Origin: an uncultured Desulfobacteraceae bacterium
GTDB taxonomy: Bacteria; Desulfobacterota; Desulfobacteria; Desulfobacterales; BuS5
Length of the DNA stretch: 40,302 nt
NCBI GenBank assembly: GCA_964572105.1
Contig: CAZNFB010000001.1
Location: 1 to 40,302 of the forward strand
Direction of reading: 5' to 3'
Every line of letters starts with the position of its first letter. Position 1 is the first letter of the stretch. The notes under the pieces are model-generated. The model had not been told where the DNA came from. It worked only from the letters and a program-made list of their open reading frames with translations, and searched no databases. The translations under genes were made by a program, and so were the position numbers. Below, piece by piece: positions 7,403 to 16,502 of the stretch.

Positions 7403-9325
7403 TCAATCATAAATAGTTTCACACTCAAGAAGCTCCACAGGAACCCCTGTTACCCGCTCTATATCAAGATAGACCCTCCCTGTTAAGTCTCTTCCCCAGC
7501 CGCTCAAATTAAAAGGTGAAGAGGGGATAATTACCAGATCGGGATTTATACCTGATGACCTTTTGTAGTCCTTTATATAGTCTATATAATCCTGAACCAC
7601 TAAAAGATCACCCATACGGATATTTCCACCAAAAAACCGGTTTTGAGGCACCCCTATTTTAATATTATTACTTTTAAGATAGGGTGACTCTTTTAACAGT
7701 TGTTCCAGCAGGGGTTTCATGAGAAAAGAGCTGAGAAACAATATATTATTACCTTTTTTTCCTTCTATAATATCGAATATTCCCTCCAGGTAACCTTTTT
7801 TAAGACCTGTCCCCATAAAGATCAGACCAAGATGTGTATCAATCTCCTTTGAATAGGGATATAATTTTTTCTTCATATCCAATATTAAATCAAGCTTAAT
7901 ATTATCCCTTAAAACTTCAATAGGTACAGTCTCAATTTCACTTTTCTGAATAATTGAAAGAAGGTTTCTTGCCTGGGGTCTGGTTTTTATAATATTGCCG
8001 GAAATCCTTGTTATTACATCATTACTTTTCAAACCGGAATAAAACGATGGGGAACCCTTTACAACCCCTATAATTTCAGGCAGATTTTTCTGTTTGCAAT
8101 AAAGCCCTTCTTCATAAATTGCAGGTCTTAGTATTGCAGGGACAGTATACCTGGTTCTTATATCCCGAACACGGGCGGTAATGGTTTCCCAGCAAAAATC
8201 ATCAAGCAGGTCTTCCCTTGAAAAATGTTTTGCGTAACCCGGCAAGCTTATCTGGACAAGACGACAATCATTTTTATCCGCATAAGCAACTGTCTGTTCC
8301 AGATCATCCAACATCTCATCAACAGAATTCTCCGGCCAGGGGACAATGACAACATCATATACTATTCCTGCATTCTTTAGCAAGAAAAGAGAATTAATCC
8401 CATTTTCCGGGTTTTTACCACGCATCAGCCGCTTTCTTCTTTCAGGGGAAGAACTGTGCAAAGCAATATCTAAATGCAACGGGCCCTTTTTCGAAAGATA
8501 ATTAACCATATCCTTTGTGAGGCTGTCCCCGTTAGTGGCCATTCTGATAATCCGACCGCTTTTTTCCCGGACCCTTGTCAGCAGATCCTTAAAATTCGGA
8601 TGAATAGAGGTTTCAAAACAGGTCCCCAGACTGGGAAATAAATTTCTGTTCTGTGCAGGATAATAATATTTAAGACGGGTTTGAGCCTCTTTATACTCCT
8701 CTTCCGGGGATTTTAATGGACTTACAAGGGCAAGCTCCGGGGGGCAACCCTTATTATAGCAGAAAATACAACTGCAGTTACATTTTGTTGCAAGGTAACT
8801 GAGTATATCAGCAGGATCACATGGAGCCCCCTCAACCCAGTGCGACAGATCTTTAAGCCTGAAGGCATCTATATCTGCTTTTTTACCGTTACTTTCTAAT
8901 TCCACCAGTTTCAGCATGGAATCAAGCTGTTTTGCCATATACTCTATTACAGGCTCATAAAAAGAGGCATTTTTTAAAGATTGAAACCCGGAATTTAATT
9001 CCCTTTTTTTGGGTAGAATTTCTTTTTCAAATTTTGGAGCCAATTTTTTTGCATCATAATCAGGGGGAGAGTCATTAGCAACAGCCGATATATCTTCTTC
9101 CTCTTCAAAAAGCCGGTATATTTCACTCCTGTTATTGAGCAATTTGAATCCATCGATTTTTACCTCGGAATCACCATTGCATGGAACAAGAACATTAAGA
9201 ATATTTTTAAGATGGGTTCTTAAAAGTGTTTCTCTTGATATGGAAGAGGTGTTCTCCTTATTAGATTCAGAATTAAGCTCAGATATTTTATACCTGAAAA
9301 CATATTCATCAGGCTCTGCTTTCAT
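7403..9325 (-). CDS. Radical SAM protein with PDZ and DUF512-like C-terminal region
   Basis: CxxxCxxC cluster motif in KCNCSCIFCYNKG. PDZ-like segment GVVKGSPSFYSGLKSNDVITRISGNII. The C-terminal third resembles DUF512. The N-terminal region of about 170 aa is unassigned. Confidence 0.75.
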   Translation of the reverse strand: MKAEPDEYVFRYKISELNSESNKENTSSISRETLLRTHLKNILNVLVPCNGDSEVKIDGFKLLNNRSEIYRLFEEEEDISAVANDSPPDYDAKKLAPKFEKEILPKKRELNSGFQSLKNASFYEPVIEYMAKQLDSMLKLVELESNGKKADIDAFRLKDLSHWVEGAPCDPADILSYLATKCNCSCIFCYNKGCPPELALVSPLKSPEEEYKEAQTRLKYYYPAQNRNLFPSLGTCFETSIHPNFKDLLTRVREKSGRIIRMATNGDSLTKDMVNYLSKKGPLHLDIALHSSSPERRKRLMRGKNPENGINSLFLLKNAGIVYDVVIVPWPENSVDEMLDDLEQTVAYADKNDCRLVQISLPGYAKHFSREDLLDDFCWETITARVRDIRTRYTVPAILRPAIYEEGLYCKQKNLPEIIGVVKGSPSFYSGLKSNDVITRISGNIIKTRPQARNLLSIIQKSEIETVPIEVLRDNIKLDLILDMKKKLYPYSKEIDTHLGLIFMGTGLKKGYLEGIFDIIEGKKGNNILFLSSFLMKPLLEQLLKESPYLKSNNIKIGVPQNRFFGGNIRMGDLLVVQDYIDYIKDYKRSSGINPDLVIIPSSPFNLSGWGRDLTGRVYLDIERVTGVPVELLECETIYD

Positions 9326-9341
9326 CTATGAAATTATCCTT

Positions 9342-10592
9342 TTAATGTTTAAAGCTTCTTTGACCAGTAAAGACCATGGCAACATCCGATTCATTACACG
9401 CTTCTATGGACTGATAGTCATTTGTGGAACCTCCCGGCTGAATTACGCAGGATACCCCCTCTTTAATCCCCACATCTATACCGTCCCTGAAAGGAAAAAA
9501 TGCATCACTGACCATGGCTGCTCCCATGAGTCCTCCCCGTTCTTTTAATACCATGGCATCAATCTCTTTTTTTTCTTCGGAATCTTCCATGTCATTATAG
9601 GAAACCCCTGATTTTTCAAAGGAATACCTGTCCCTAAGCTTTCTATGGGCTTTATCCCTGGCAATTTGAGCTACGCCGACCCTATCCTGCTCTCCAGTAC
9701 CTATGCCGACTGTTGCAAGGTCTTTAACATAAATAACAGAATTGGAAGTGATTCCTGACTCCACAAGCCACCCAAAGATTAAATCTTCATATTCTTTGTC
9801 TGAAGGTTCCCTTTTAGTTTTATATTTTTTACCTTTATATTCGGTTTCCGCAGGTTTAAGGTCTTCCTTTAAAAGGGTAGCCGGAAGGTAGGACCATTGT
9901 GAAATTATCCCTCCGTCAATAAGGGTTTTAAATTCCACAACCCTGCTTCCCACAAATGTATGAAGAGAATTAATATTATTTATCCTGATAACCCTTAAAT
10001 TTTTTCTTTTCGCCAGAATATCGATCACCCCTTCTTCAAAATCCGGGGCAACCAGGACCTCAGCATACTGATTACTTACAGCTTCTGCTGTTACCTTGTC
10101 CACAGCTTTATTTACGGCTATGCACCCGCCAAAAGCCGCCACCCTGTCTGCCATATAGGCTTTTGCATAAGCATTTTCCAGGGAATCGGATATTGCGGCT
10201 CCGCAGGGATTGTTATGCTTTACAATTACAGCCATGGGCCGATCAGTAAAGTATCTTAAAATATTTAAAGCATTATCAGCATCTGTAAGGTTTGTTTTTC
10301 CGGGGTGTTTCCCTGACTGTAAAAGTTCAATGTCAGAGGTGAGGTAACGGCCGGGCGCAATGGTCTGCGTGTCGCCAAGTAAAAGATTGCCGTTTATCAT
10401 CTTGTAAAGCGCAGCCTCCTGCCCGGGATTTTCACCGTATCTTAAACCTTTTTCAATATTATCAATTCTCCAGGTTACCTTTTCATAAAAAAGAGTCTGC
10501 CTTTTTTTATTATCAACAAAGCTTATTTCTAAATTCGGAGGAAATTTATCATCCATTATTGTTTTATACATTTTTTTTAAATCGTCAGTCAT
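9342..10592 (-). CDS. purH: AICAR formyltransferase (stand-alone C-terminal half of PurH)
   Basis: LRYGENPGQ, VKHNNPCG, GIGTGEQDRV, SDAFFPFRDG, IQPGGS, MVFTGQRSFKH. AAGGAG upstream. Confidence 0.9.
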   Translation of the reverse strand: MTDDLKKMYKTIMDDKFPPNLEISFVDNKKRQTLFYEKVTWRIDNIEKGLRYGENPGQEAALYKMINGNLLLGDTQTIAPGRYLTSDIELLQSGKHPGKTNLTDADNALNILRYFTDRPMAVIVKHNNPCGAAISDSLENAYAKAYMADRVAAFGGCIAVNKAVDKVTAEAVSNQYAEVLVAPDFEEGVIDILAKRKNLRVIRINNINSLHTFVGSRVVEFKTLIDGGIISQWSYLPATLLKEDLKPAETEYKGKKYKTKREPSDKEYEDLIFGWLVESGITSNSVIYVKDLATVGIGTGEQDRVGVAQIARDKAHRKLRDRYSFEKSGVSYNDMEDSEEKKEIDAMVLKERGGLMGAAMVSDAFFPFRDGIDVGIKEGVSCVIQPGGSTNDYQSIEACNESDVAMVFTGQRSFKH

Positions 10593-10607
10593 ACTTCAGG
10601 CTCCTTT

Positions 10608-11279
10608 TTAATAACAATCTTTTACATCATTATAAGACTGGCCAGCCAGATAATCGGCAATGGTCCGGTCATACACTGCGGTATGTTCAAATGCGTTTTT
10701 TGCAAGGTGAAACCGTATTTTAAGGGGAAGTTCTCCCTGGTGTTCTTTAAGGCTGGAAAGAATCATTTCATAATCAGAAGGATTTACCACAGAAGCGACT
10801 CTTAAAAAATTTTTTGCAGAGGCTCTGATCATGCACGGACCCCCTATATCTATATTCCCCCTGGCCTGTTCCAGGGTAACATCCGGCTTTGCTATTGTTT
10901 CTTTAAAAGGATAGAGATTTACAACAACCATATCCAGGGGAACTGCCCCTGTCCGCTTCAGGTCTTCCTGGTGGGAATCGTTATATTTTTCAGTGAGAAT
11001 CCCCAGATATATTTTAAAATCAAGGGTTTTCACGAGCCCCCCCTGGGTCTCCTGCTGCCCGGTATAGTCCGATACCTGGGTGAGAGATGATTCAAAGCTG
11101 CTCCCCAGAATTTCTTTTATTTTTTTATATGTTCCCCCTGTTGAAAATATTTTTATTTCCGGATTAATACTGACCAGTCCGGGAATAAAATCATCCAGAC
11201 CGCTTTTATCAGAAACACTTATAAGTACGTGTTTTATTTTTACAAAATCATCTGTTTTTTCAACACGGTTAATACCCAT
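10608..11279 (-). CDS. purH: IMP cyclohydrolase (stand-alone MGS-like N-terminal half of PurH)
   Basis: VLISVSDKSGL, STGGTYKKI, DMVVVNLYPF, NIDIGGPCMIRASAKNF. Sits 15 nt upstream of the AICARFT gene, in the same order as in fused PurH. Confidence 0.88.
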   Translation of the reverse strand: MGINRVEKTDDFVKIKHVLISVSDKSGLDDFIPGLVSINPEIKIFSTGGTYKKIKEILGSSFESSLTQVSDYTGQQETQGGLVKTLDFKIYLGILTEKYNDSHQEDLKRTGAVPLDMVVVNLYPFKETIAKPDVTLEQARGNIDIGGPCMIRASAKNFLRVASVVNPSDYEMILSSLKEHQGELPLKIRFHLAKNAFEHTAVYDRTIADYLAGQSYNDVKDCY

Positions 11280-11282
11280 GAA

Positions 11283-11933
11283 TTAAACTTCCCCTTTATA
11301 TTCTTTAAGAAATTGTACAAAAAAATTCTCCATAAATAAATGACGACCTAAAGCCATTTCTTTCCCCTCATCTGTAAGGAGCTTCTCTTTTATTTTACAC
11401 AGCTTTAATCTGTATTCCCTGTAACCTGTATCATCTTTGGAATATGCCACGGCATCTTCAACCCTGATATCAGGATTATGAAGCCTCGCTCCCAGTTCCC
11501 CTGCAAAAAGAAATGCCCTTGCTACACCAACGGCCCCCAGGGCGTCGAGCTTATCTGCATCATATAACAATTTTGCTTCAATGGTTTCTGGAATATGATT
11601 CCCCCGAAACCTGTGTGTTCTAATGGAATGAATAATATTTTTTCTCTGCTCCTCTGATAAAGGAAGCTGTTTAACTATGGGAAGGGCGATCCTTGCCCCT
11701 TCCTTTGCATGACAAAGAAGACCTTTGGAAGAGTCCTGGGCATCTCTTCCAATATCATGGAGATAGGCAGAAGTTAAAAGTACATCCATATCAGCACCCT
11801 TTTTAAGTCCAAAACGGCGGCACAACCCCACCACACGGATGGTATGCTCCCAATTGTGGCTTCTCCTTGAACCTTTTAATAAACTTTGCGCAATTTTTTT
11901 AACCTTTTCCTCTAATATTTCTGATCTGTTCAT
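11283..11933 (-). CDS. HD-domain metal-dependent phosphohydrolase
   Basis: H...HD motif (HNWEHTIRV ... AYLHDIGR) plus a downstream D (YDADKLD). I prefer the start at 11933 (MNRSEILEE). The longer ORF to 12005 would overlap the upstream gene by 50 nt. Confidence 0.8.
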   Translation of the reverse strand: MNRSEILEEKVKKIAQSLLKGSRRSHNWEHTIRVVGLCRRFGLKKGADMDVLLTSAYLHDIGRDAQDSSKGLLCHAKEGARIALPIVKQLPLSEEQRKNIIHSIRTHRFRGNHIPETIEAKLLYDADKLDALGAVGVARAFLFAGELGARLHNPDIRVEDAVAYSKDDTGYREYRLKLCKIKEKLLTDEGKEMALGRHLFMENFFVQFLKEYKGEV

Positions 11934-11955
11934 ATTATTTTTTTTTGGCCTGGCT

Positions 11956-12936
11956 TCATCTCCGTTCCTTACCCCCTGAATATAAAAATGTAGCCGCACA
12001 ACCAAGATCCGAACTGGTCAGTTTTATTAAATCTTCACTGATTCCGGTCTTTATTTCCTGCACAGCATCTGTAATAACTGAATGAAATTTCAGATACCGT
12101 TTTGTTAAATCTGTTTTAATAAAAAGAGAATATTTTTCAGGTTTGAAAATAGATAAAACCTTTTCTATCATTAAAACAGAATCTTTGTTAATGAGGCTGG
12201 TATCAAAACTTGCGTAGGAGCCTTCCGGCTGTGGTGTAACATGGATGGCAAAGTAGTTATTATCCATAATTCCATTTATTGAATAACCATACGGAGAAAA
12301 CATATAACCATCCGTAACAGCACCGGGATATAATTTATCAATCCCCAGTACAGATGCTGCCTGCCGGGGTGTATTTGCTTCTTTTTGATAAAAATTTCTC
12401 ATTGCAGACCGGTCCAGATTATACATAAAAAGCTGAAGAGACTGGGGCCTACCTGCAGGGGATTCGGAACAAAGGGAATAAAAAATATCCATATAACTCT
12501 CACCGCCTGCGCCAAACCTGAGGGTTTTCCCTTTGAAAAATTTCGCAATATAAGAAGCATCATCCCAAAATGTCTGTTTTTCAGAAAAACTGTTTTTTTT
12601 CCTGTCATAAGAAATAGAGGCTATATTCTCTTTTTTTATAATTTTCAGAATTTCAGGCAAGGCCATCACAGGAGTAGTGCTGCCGCATGTAATCAAAAGA
12701 ATTCGGTCATTCCAGACAAAAAGGCTCGATTCAGACAATAAATATGAATTAATATATTTGTTTGATATTTTACTTATAATAGAGGCGCCCACAGCCTTAA
12801 CAACACGTTCCCAGCCTGCATCACTATTTAGCCCGGAGCTATGCTGTTTTGAATGGAGAATAATTTCAAGTCTTTTTTCAGGCCCTTCGAACTCCCCTGT
12901 TTTTTTATTACAGATCTGTTTTTCTAAAACTTCCAT
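11956..12936 (-). CDS. S-adenosylmethionine decarboxylase proenzyme, eukaryote-type (class 2) homologue
   Basis: Matches the human enzyme along its length as I recall it: FEGPEKRLEI (FEGTEKLLEV), SYLLSESSLFV (AYVLSESSMFV, the self-cleavage site), LITCGST (LKTCGTT), FSPYGYSING (FNPCGYSMNG), AIHVTPQPEGSYASFDT (TIHITPEPEFSYVSFET), IFKPEKY (VFKPGKF). Confidence 0.8.
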   Translation of the reverse strand: MEVLEKQICNKKTGEFEGPEKRLEIILHSKQHSSGLNSDAGWERVVKAVGASIISKISNKYINSYLLSESSLFVWNDRILLITCGSTTPVMALPEILKIIKKENIASISYDRKKNSFSEKQTFWDDASYIAKFFKGKTLRFGAGGESYMDIFYSLCSESPAGRPQSLQLFMYNLDRSAMRNFYQKEANTPRQAASVLGIDKLYPGAVTDGYMFSPYGYSINGIMDNNYFAIHVTPQPEGSYASFDTSLINKDSVLMIEKVLSIFKPEKYSLFIKTDLTKRYLKFHSVITDAVQEIKTGISEDLIKLTSSDLGCAATFLYSGGKERR

Positions 12937-13238
12937 AGCACAATATATTTTCCAAAAAAAATGCCATAAAACACTAAAAACAACATAACTATTCAGCTAT
13001 TTGAAAAATGCTGATTCCAGAAACGCTTCAGATTATACCTGAATAATTAGAAAACAACAACTTATCAAAAAACAACAAAAAAGACGAGAAAATTAGAACC
13101 TTTATGGGGAGACCTGTTTTAAATCATCTATTGATATTATTTTAGTTATAATATTATAATATGACAATTTATCGTTTTTTTTAGTAGATAATATTGGGTG
13201 GAAATTTAATTTAATATAATTATTTATGGAGATTACCT

Positions 13239-14387
13239 ATGGATTTTGGATTAACAACTGAACAGAAGATGCTTAAAAAAAGCGTGAACGATTTTATGAA
13301 AAAAGAATGCACTGTTGAATTCTTACGGCAGCAGGACGAAGAAGAGGCTTATCCATATAAGCTTTATAAAAAAATGGCAAAATTAGGATGGTTCGGCCTT
13401 GCTTATCCGGAAGAATACGGCGGCAGCGGATTAAGTGCCACCGATTTTATATTACTAGCAGAAGAGATGGCCCGTTTTTCCTTTGAAGTTACCGCGGGAT
13501 TCGGACTCACTGTTTTTTGCGGACTAATTGTTCTTAAACATGGCACCCAGGAACAAAAAGATTATTATATTCCTGACGTAATAAGCGGAAAACAAAGATT
13601 GTCCATAGCAATTTCAGAGCCCGAAGCAGGATCTGATGCTGCAGCCCTTTCCACAACAGCAGTGTCAGACGGAGATCATTGGGTTATAAACGGGCAAAAA
13701 ACATTTCAAACAGCTGCTGACATTGACAATACCACCATGTGCGTTTTTGTACGAACAGATGAAGATCTTCCCAAACACAAGGGGATAAGCCTGATCCTGG
13801 TTCCTAATGACATACCAGGAATTACAATTACAAGAATCAAAACCCTTGCAAGGAAAATGATTCATACTTGTGAAGTTTTTTTTGACAATGTACGAGTACC
13901 CAAAACAAATCTTGTGGGCAAACTAAACAATGGTATGAAAATATTGATATCAGGACTTGAACTGGAAAGACTCTTTGCATGTTCCTCCTACAATGGCTCG
14001 GCCCAGGCAGCCATGGATCTTGCTCTCGATTATGCAAAAAAGAGACAACAATTCGGCAAACCCATCGCCTCTTTTCAGGCCATAGCCCACATGCTTGCTG
14101 ACATGCAAACAGAAATAGATGCGGCACGTTTATTAACACAAAGAGCCATATGGATGTATGATCAGGGAATTCCATGCATGAAGGAAGTCAGCATGGCCAA
14201 ATTATTCGGCTCTGAAACCTATGTTAAGATCGCAAACCAGGGTATGCAGATAATGGGTGGATATGGATATACCATGGAATATGAAATGCAGCGCCACTTC
14301 AGGGACTCCAGGGTATTAACAGTGAGCGCAGGCTCATCCCAGATGCAAAGAACAGGAATTGCAAAAGCCTTGGGTGTAAAAGTTTAG
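13239..14387 (+). CDS. Acyl-CoA dehydrogenase
   Basis: 382 aa. Typical ACAD architecture and motifs (AISEPEAGSD, INGQKTF, GGYGYTMEYEMQRHFRDSRV). GGAGA upstream of the ATG. Confidence 0.9.
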   Translation: MDFGLTTEQKMLKKSVNDFMKKECTVEFLRQQDEEEAYPYKLYKKMAKLGWFGLAYPEEYGGSGLSATDFILLAEEMARFSFEVTAGFGLTVFCGLIVLKHGTQEQKDYYIPDVISGKQRLSIAISEPEAGSDAAALSTTAVSDGDHWVINGQKTFQTAADIDNTTMCVFVRTDEDLPKHKGISLILVPNDIPGITITRIKTLARKMIHTCEVFFDNVRVPKTNLVGKLNNGMKILISGLELERLFACSSYNGSAQAAMDLALDYAKKRQQFGKPIASFQAIAHMLADMQTEIDAARLLTQRAIWMYDQGIPCMKEVSMAKLFGSETYVKIANQGMQIMGGYGYTMEYEMQRHFRDSRVLTVSAGSSQMQRTGIAKALGVKV

Positions 14388-14634
14388 CTTTTGTAAATGT
14401 TCAGCTGCGCTGATTTAAGACACGCAACAGGTATGATCTGATCATAAAGAGCAAAATATTTTCAGCGATTTCATTTCATTTTATTTTTTGACAATAAATG
14501 AAAATTGTGGATATTTAAGTGGATATTTAAATAGTAATGTCTGGTTAGGACGCTGCAAAATTGCCTTTTAGCCAGATTACGATGTCGCTGCGAAAATAAA
14601 AAATGAAAACTTGAACATCGAGTACCAGCATTCC

Positions 14635-16056
14635 ATGAAAAAATTTTATCGTACATTTTTTGTATTATTTGTAACAGTTGCCTTCCTTGCTGAGCTTGCT
14701 GTTCCTGATGCTGCATATTCCATCTCCATTGCTAAAGAGGAAGAAATGGGGCGGGAGTTCATGAAAGCCATCTCTAAACAGTCTATTTTTATCAAAGATA
14801 AGATAATTGTTAAATACCTGGAACAAGTGGGTCAAAAAATTATTCAAGCCCTTCCTGTTCAACCTTTTGTATATGATTTTCATATTATAAAAGATGATAC
14901 ATATAATGCTTTTGCAGTACCAGGCGGGCATGTTTTTATTAACAGCGGATTGTTTGCGGCAATGGATAGCGAGGAAGAACTTGCAGGGATTCTTGCCCAT
15001 GAAATTGCCCATGTCATGTGTCGTCATATATCGAAAAGATTTGAGTCATCATCAAAAATAGGGATCGCCACACTTGTGGGGGTTGCTGCTGGAATTCTCC
15101 TTGGAGTTGCCGGAGCAGGGGAAGCGGCAAATGCTTTAACAATAGGGAGTCTTGCTGCAGGCCAGCAGGCTGCCCTTGCCTACAGCCGCGAAGATGAAAG
15201 GCAGGCGGATCAGATAGGATTAAAAATTCTTTTCGAGGTTGGATACAGTGCCCAGGGGTTGTTGACTATTCTCAAAAAAATACGAAATAAAGAATGGTTT
15301 AGCGCAGGAGGTATACCCCCCTATCTGATGACCCATCCTGCCGTGAAAGAGCGGATAATTTACCTTGGTTCCCTGCTCCAAAAAACTGCTTCTGTAAAGC
15401 CTTTGCCCAAAAAAACGGTTCGCCTAGATTTTGACCGTGCCCATGCCAGGCTTTTAATACTTTATGGAAATAAAGAGGAGACTTTGAAGAAATTTAAAGC
15501 TCTGGCTCGGCTGAAAAATTCAGATGCTTCGGCTCATTATCGATATGGCCTGGTTTTGGCCAGAACAGGTAGGAAAAAGGATGCAATCCTTCAGTTCAAA
15601 GCGGCACTTGTCAAAAAAGCTTTTGATGCAAATATACTGCGAGACCTTGGGATCAGTTATTTTTATACGGGTGAGTATGCAAAAGCATTAAAAACATTGG
15701 AAAGCTCTATTAGTATTGATTATCAGGACTGGGAATCCCATTTATATCTTGGACGTACACTAATGGCTCTGGGAAAAATACAAAAGGCCATATCAATCTT
15801 TGAAGTGCTTGATACAAAACACCCTGGTAATCATACGCTGTTTTACTACATGGGGAAAGCCTACGGCAGACAAAAAGAAACAGGAAAAGCCCATTATTAT
15901 CTCGGTCTATATTACACCGAAGAAAAAAATTTTAATAATGCTGTTTTTCATTTAAAAAAAGCCAAACAACACCTGAAAGAAGAAAAAAAACTAAAAATTA
16001 TTGATAAAATATTAAAAAAAATTGCCATGGAAAAAAGAGAGCATCCCAAAAGATAA
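14635..16056 (+). CDS. M48-family zinc metallopeptidase with C-terminal TPR repeats (BepA-like), secreted
   Basis: HEIAHV (HExxH) plus downstream E. N-terminal signal-like MKKFYRTFFVLFVTVAFLA. TPR-like C-terminal half. ATG at 14635 preferred over the TTG at 14611. Confidence 0.85.
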   Translation: MKKFYRTFFVLFVTVAFLAELAVPDAAYSISIAKEEEMGREFMKAISKQSIFIKDKIIVKYLEQVGQKIIQALPVQPFVYDFHIIKDDTYNAFAVPGGHVFINSGLFAAMDSEEELAGILAHEIAHVMCRHISKRFESSSKIGIATLVGVAAGILLGVAGAGEAANALTIGSLAAGQQAALAYSREDERQADQIGLKILFEVGYSAQGLLTILKKIRNKEWFSAGGIPPYLMTHPAVKERIIYLGSLLQKTASVKPLPKKTVRLDFDRAHARLLILYGNKEETLKKFKALARLKNSDASAHYRYGLVLARTGRKKDAILQFKAALVKKAFDANILRDLGISYFYTGEYAKALKTLESSISIDYQDWESHLYLGRTLMALGKIQKAISIFEVLDTKHPGNHTLFYYMGKAYGRQKETGKAHYYLGLYYTEEKNFNNAVFHLKKAKQHLKEEKKLKIIDKILKKIAMEKREHPKR

Positions 16057-16304
16057 TTCAGGACAGGCATTTGTAGTGACCGGTTGCTCTCCTTTTGTAA
16101 TTTGTTAAAAAAACACCTCTGCTCTTGTTGATTTTTTTATTCGGGCCATTACTTTATGGTAAAGTTTCAGGTGCTATAAAAAGTTGACATGCTAGTTTAA
16201 TTAATGTAACAAATGTTAGATAACGTTATTTTGGTCTATTCTGGAATTTGGGATAATTATATTTTCCTTATCCCATGGGGTAATAATGTTATGCTTTACG
16301 GATC

Positions 16305-16426
16305 AAGATGTTATGTAACGCTTCTTAAGATGATTAATTTGACAGGCAGAGTCGGAAAAACTTGATGGTTTTGGTTGATAACTGAGTGAAATTAATTGTT
16401 CGAAAATTTATATAAGACGTTCTATA
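16305..16426 (+). mobile_element. Possible degenerate R1 copy F
   Basis: gataactgagtgaaattaattg aligns with copy A gataacggagtgaaattatttatg. It ends in gacgttctata (compare tgacgatctata). aatttgacaggcagagtcggaaaaa aligns with aattcggcacaaggtcggagaaag. It carries indels and the left end is uncertain. Confidence 0.35.
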
Positions 16427-16502
16427 GAAGCTTTCGTATTAATCTGTTCTTTTTATGAATCAATGTTTTCTCGTTGTTTAATTTCTGAGGAGGTGACCTA
16501 AA

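Noticed and set aside
12951-12966. Sigma-54-like element on the minus strand, TGGCAT-5 nt-TTGGA, upstream of the AdoMetDC-like gene.
   Set aside because: The near-invariant GC of the -12 element is GG here. The element ends only about 15 nt from the ATG, leaving no room for a start site plus a ribosome-binding site.
12937-13238. Divergent, AT-rich 300-bp intergenic region at the minus-to-plus strand switch, considered as a replication origin.
   Set aside because: I found no DnaA-box clusters (TTATCCACA or its reverse complement) and no dnaA, dnaN or gidA-type neighbours. A second strand switch 23 kb away shows the orientation blocks are local. It is more simply a pair of divergent promoters.
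13665-15027. Antisense or alternative-frame ORFs inside long genes (13665..13865, 13837..14175 and 14665..15027). Similar ones occur elsewhere (1571..1828, 5663..6134, 21877..22248, 24481..25203, 30481..30772, 34889..35207).
   Set aside because: They are fully embedded in CDSs with strong family motifs, have odd compositions and lack start contexts. They are typical shadow ORFs.
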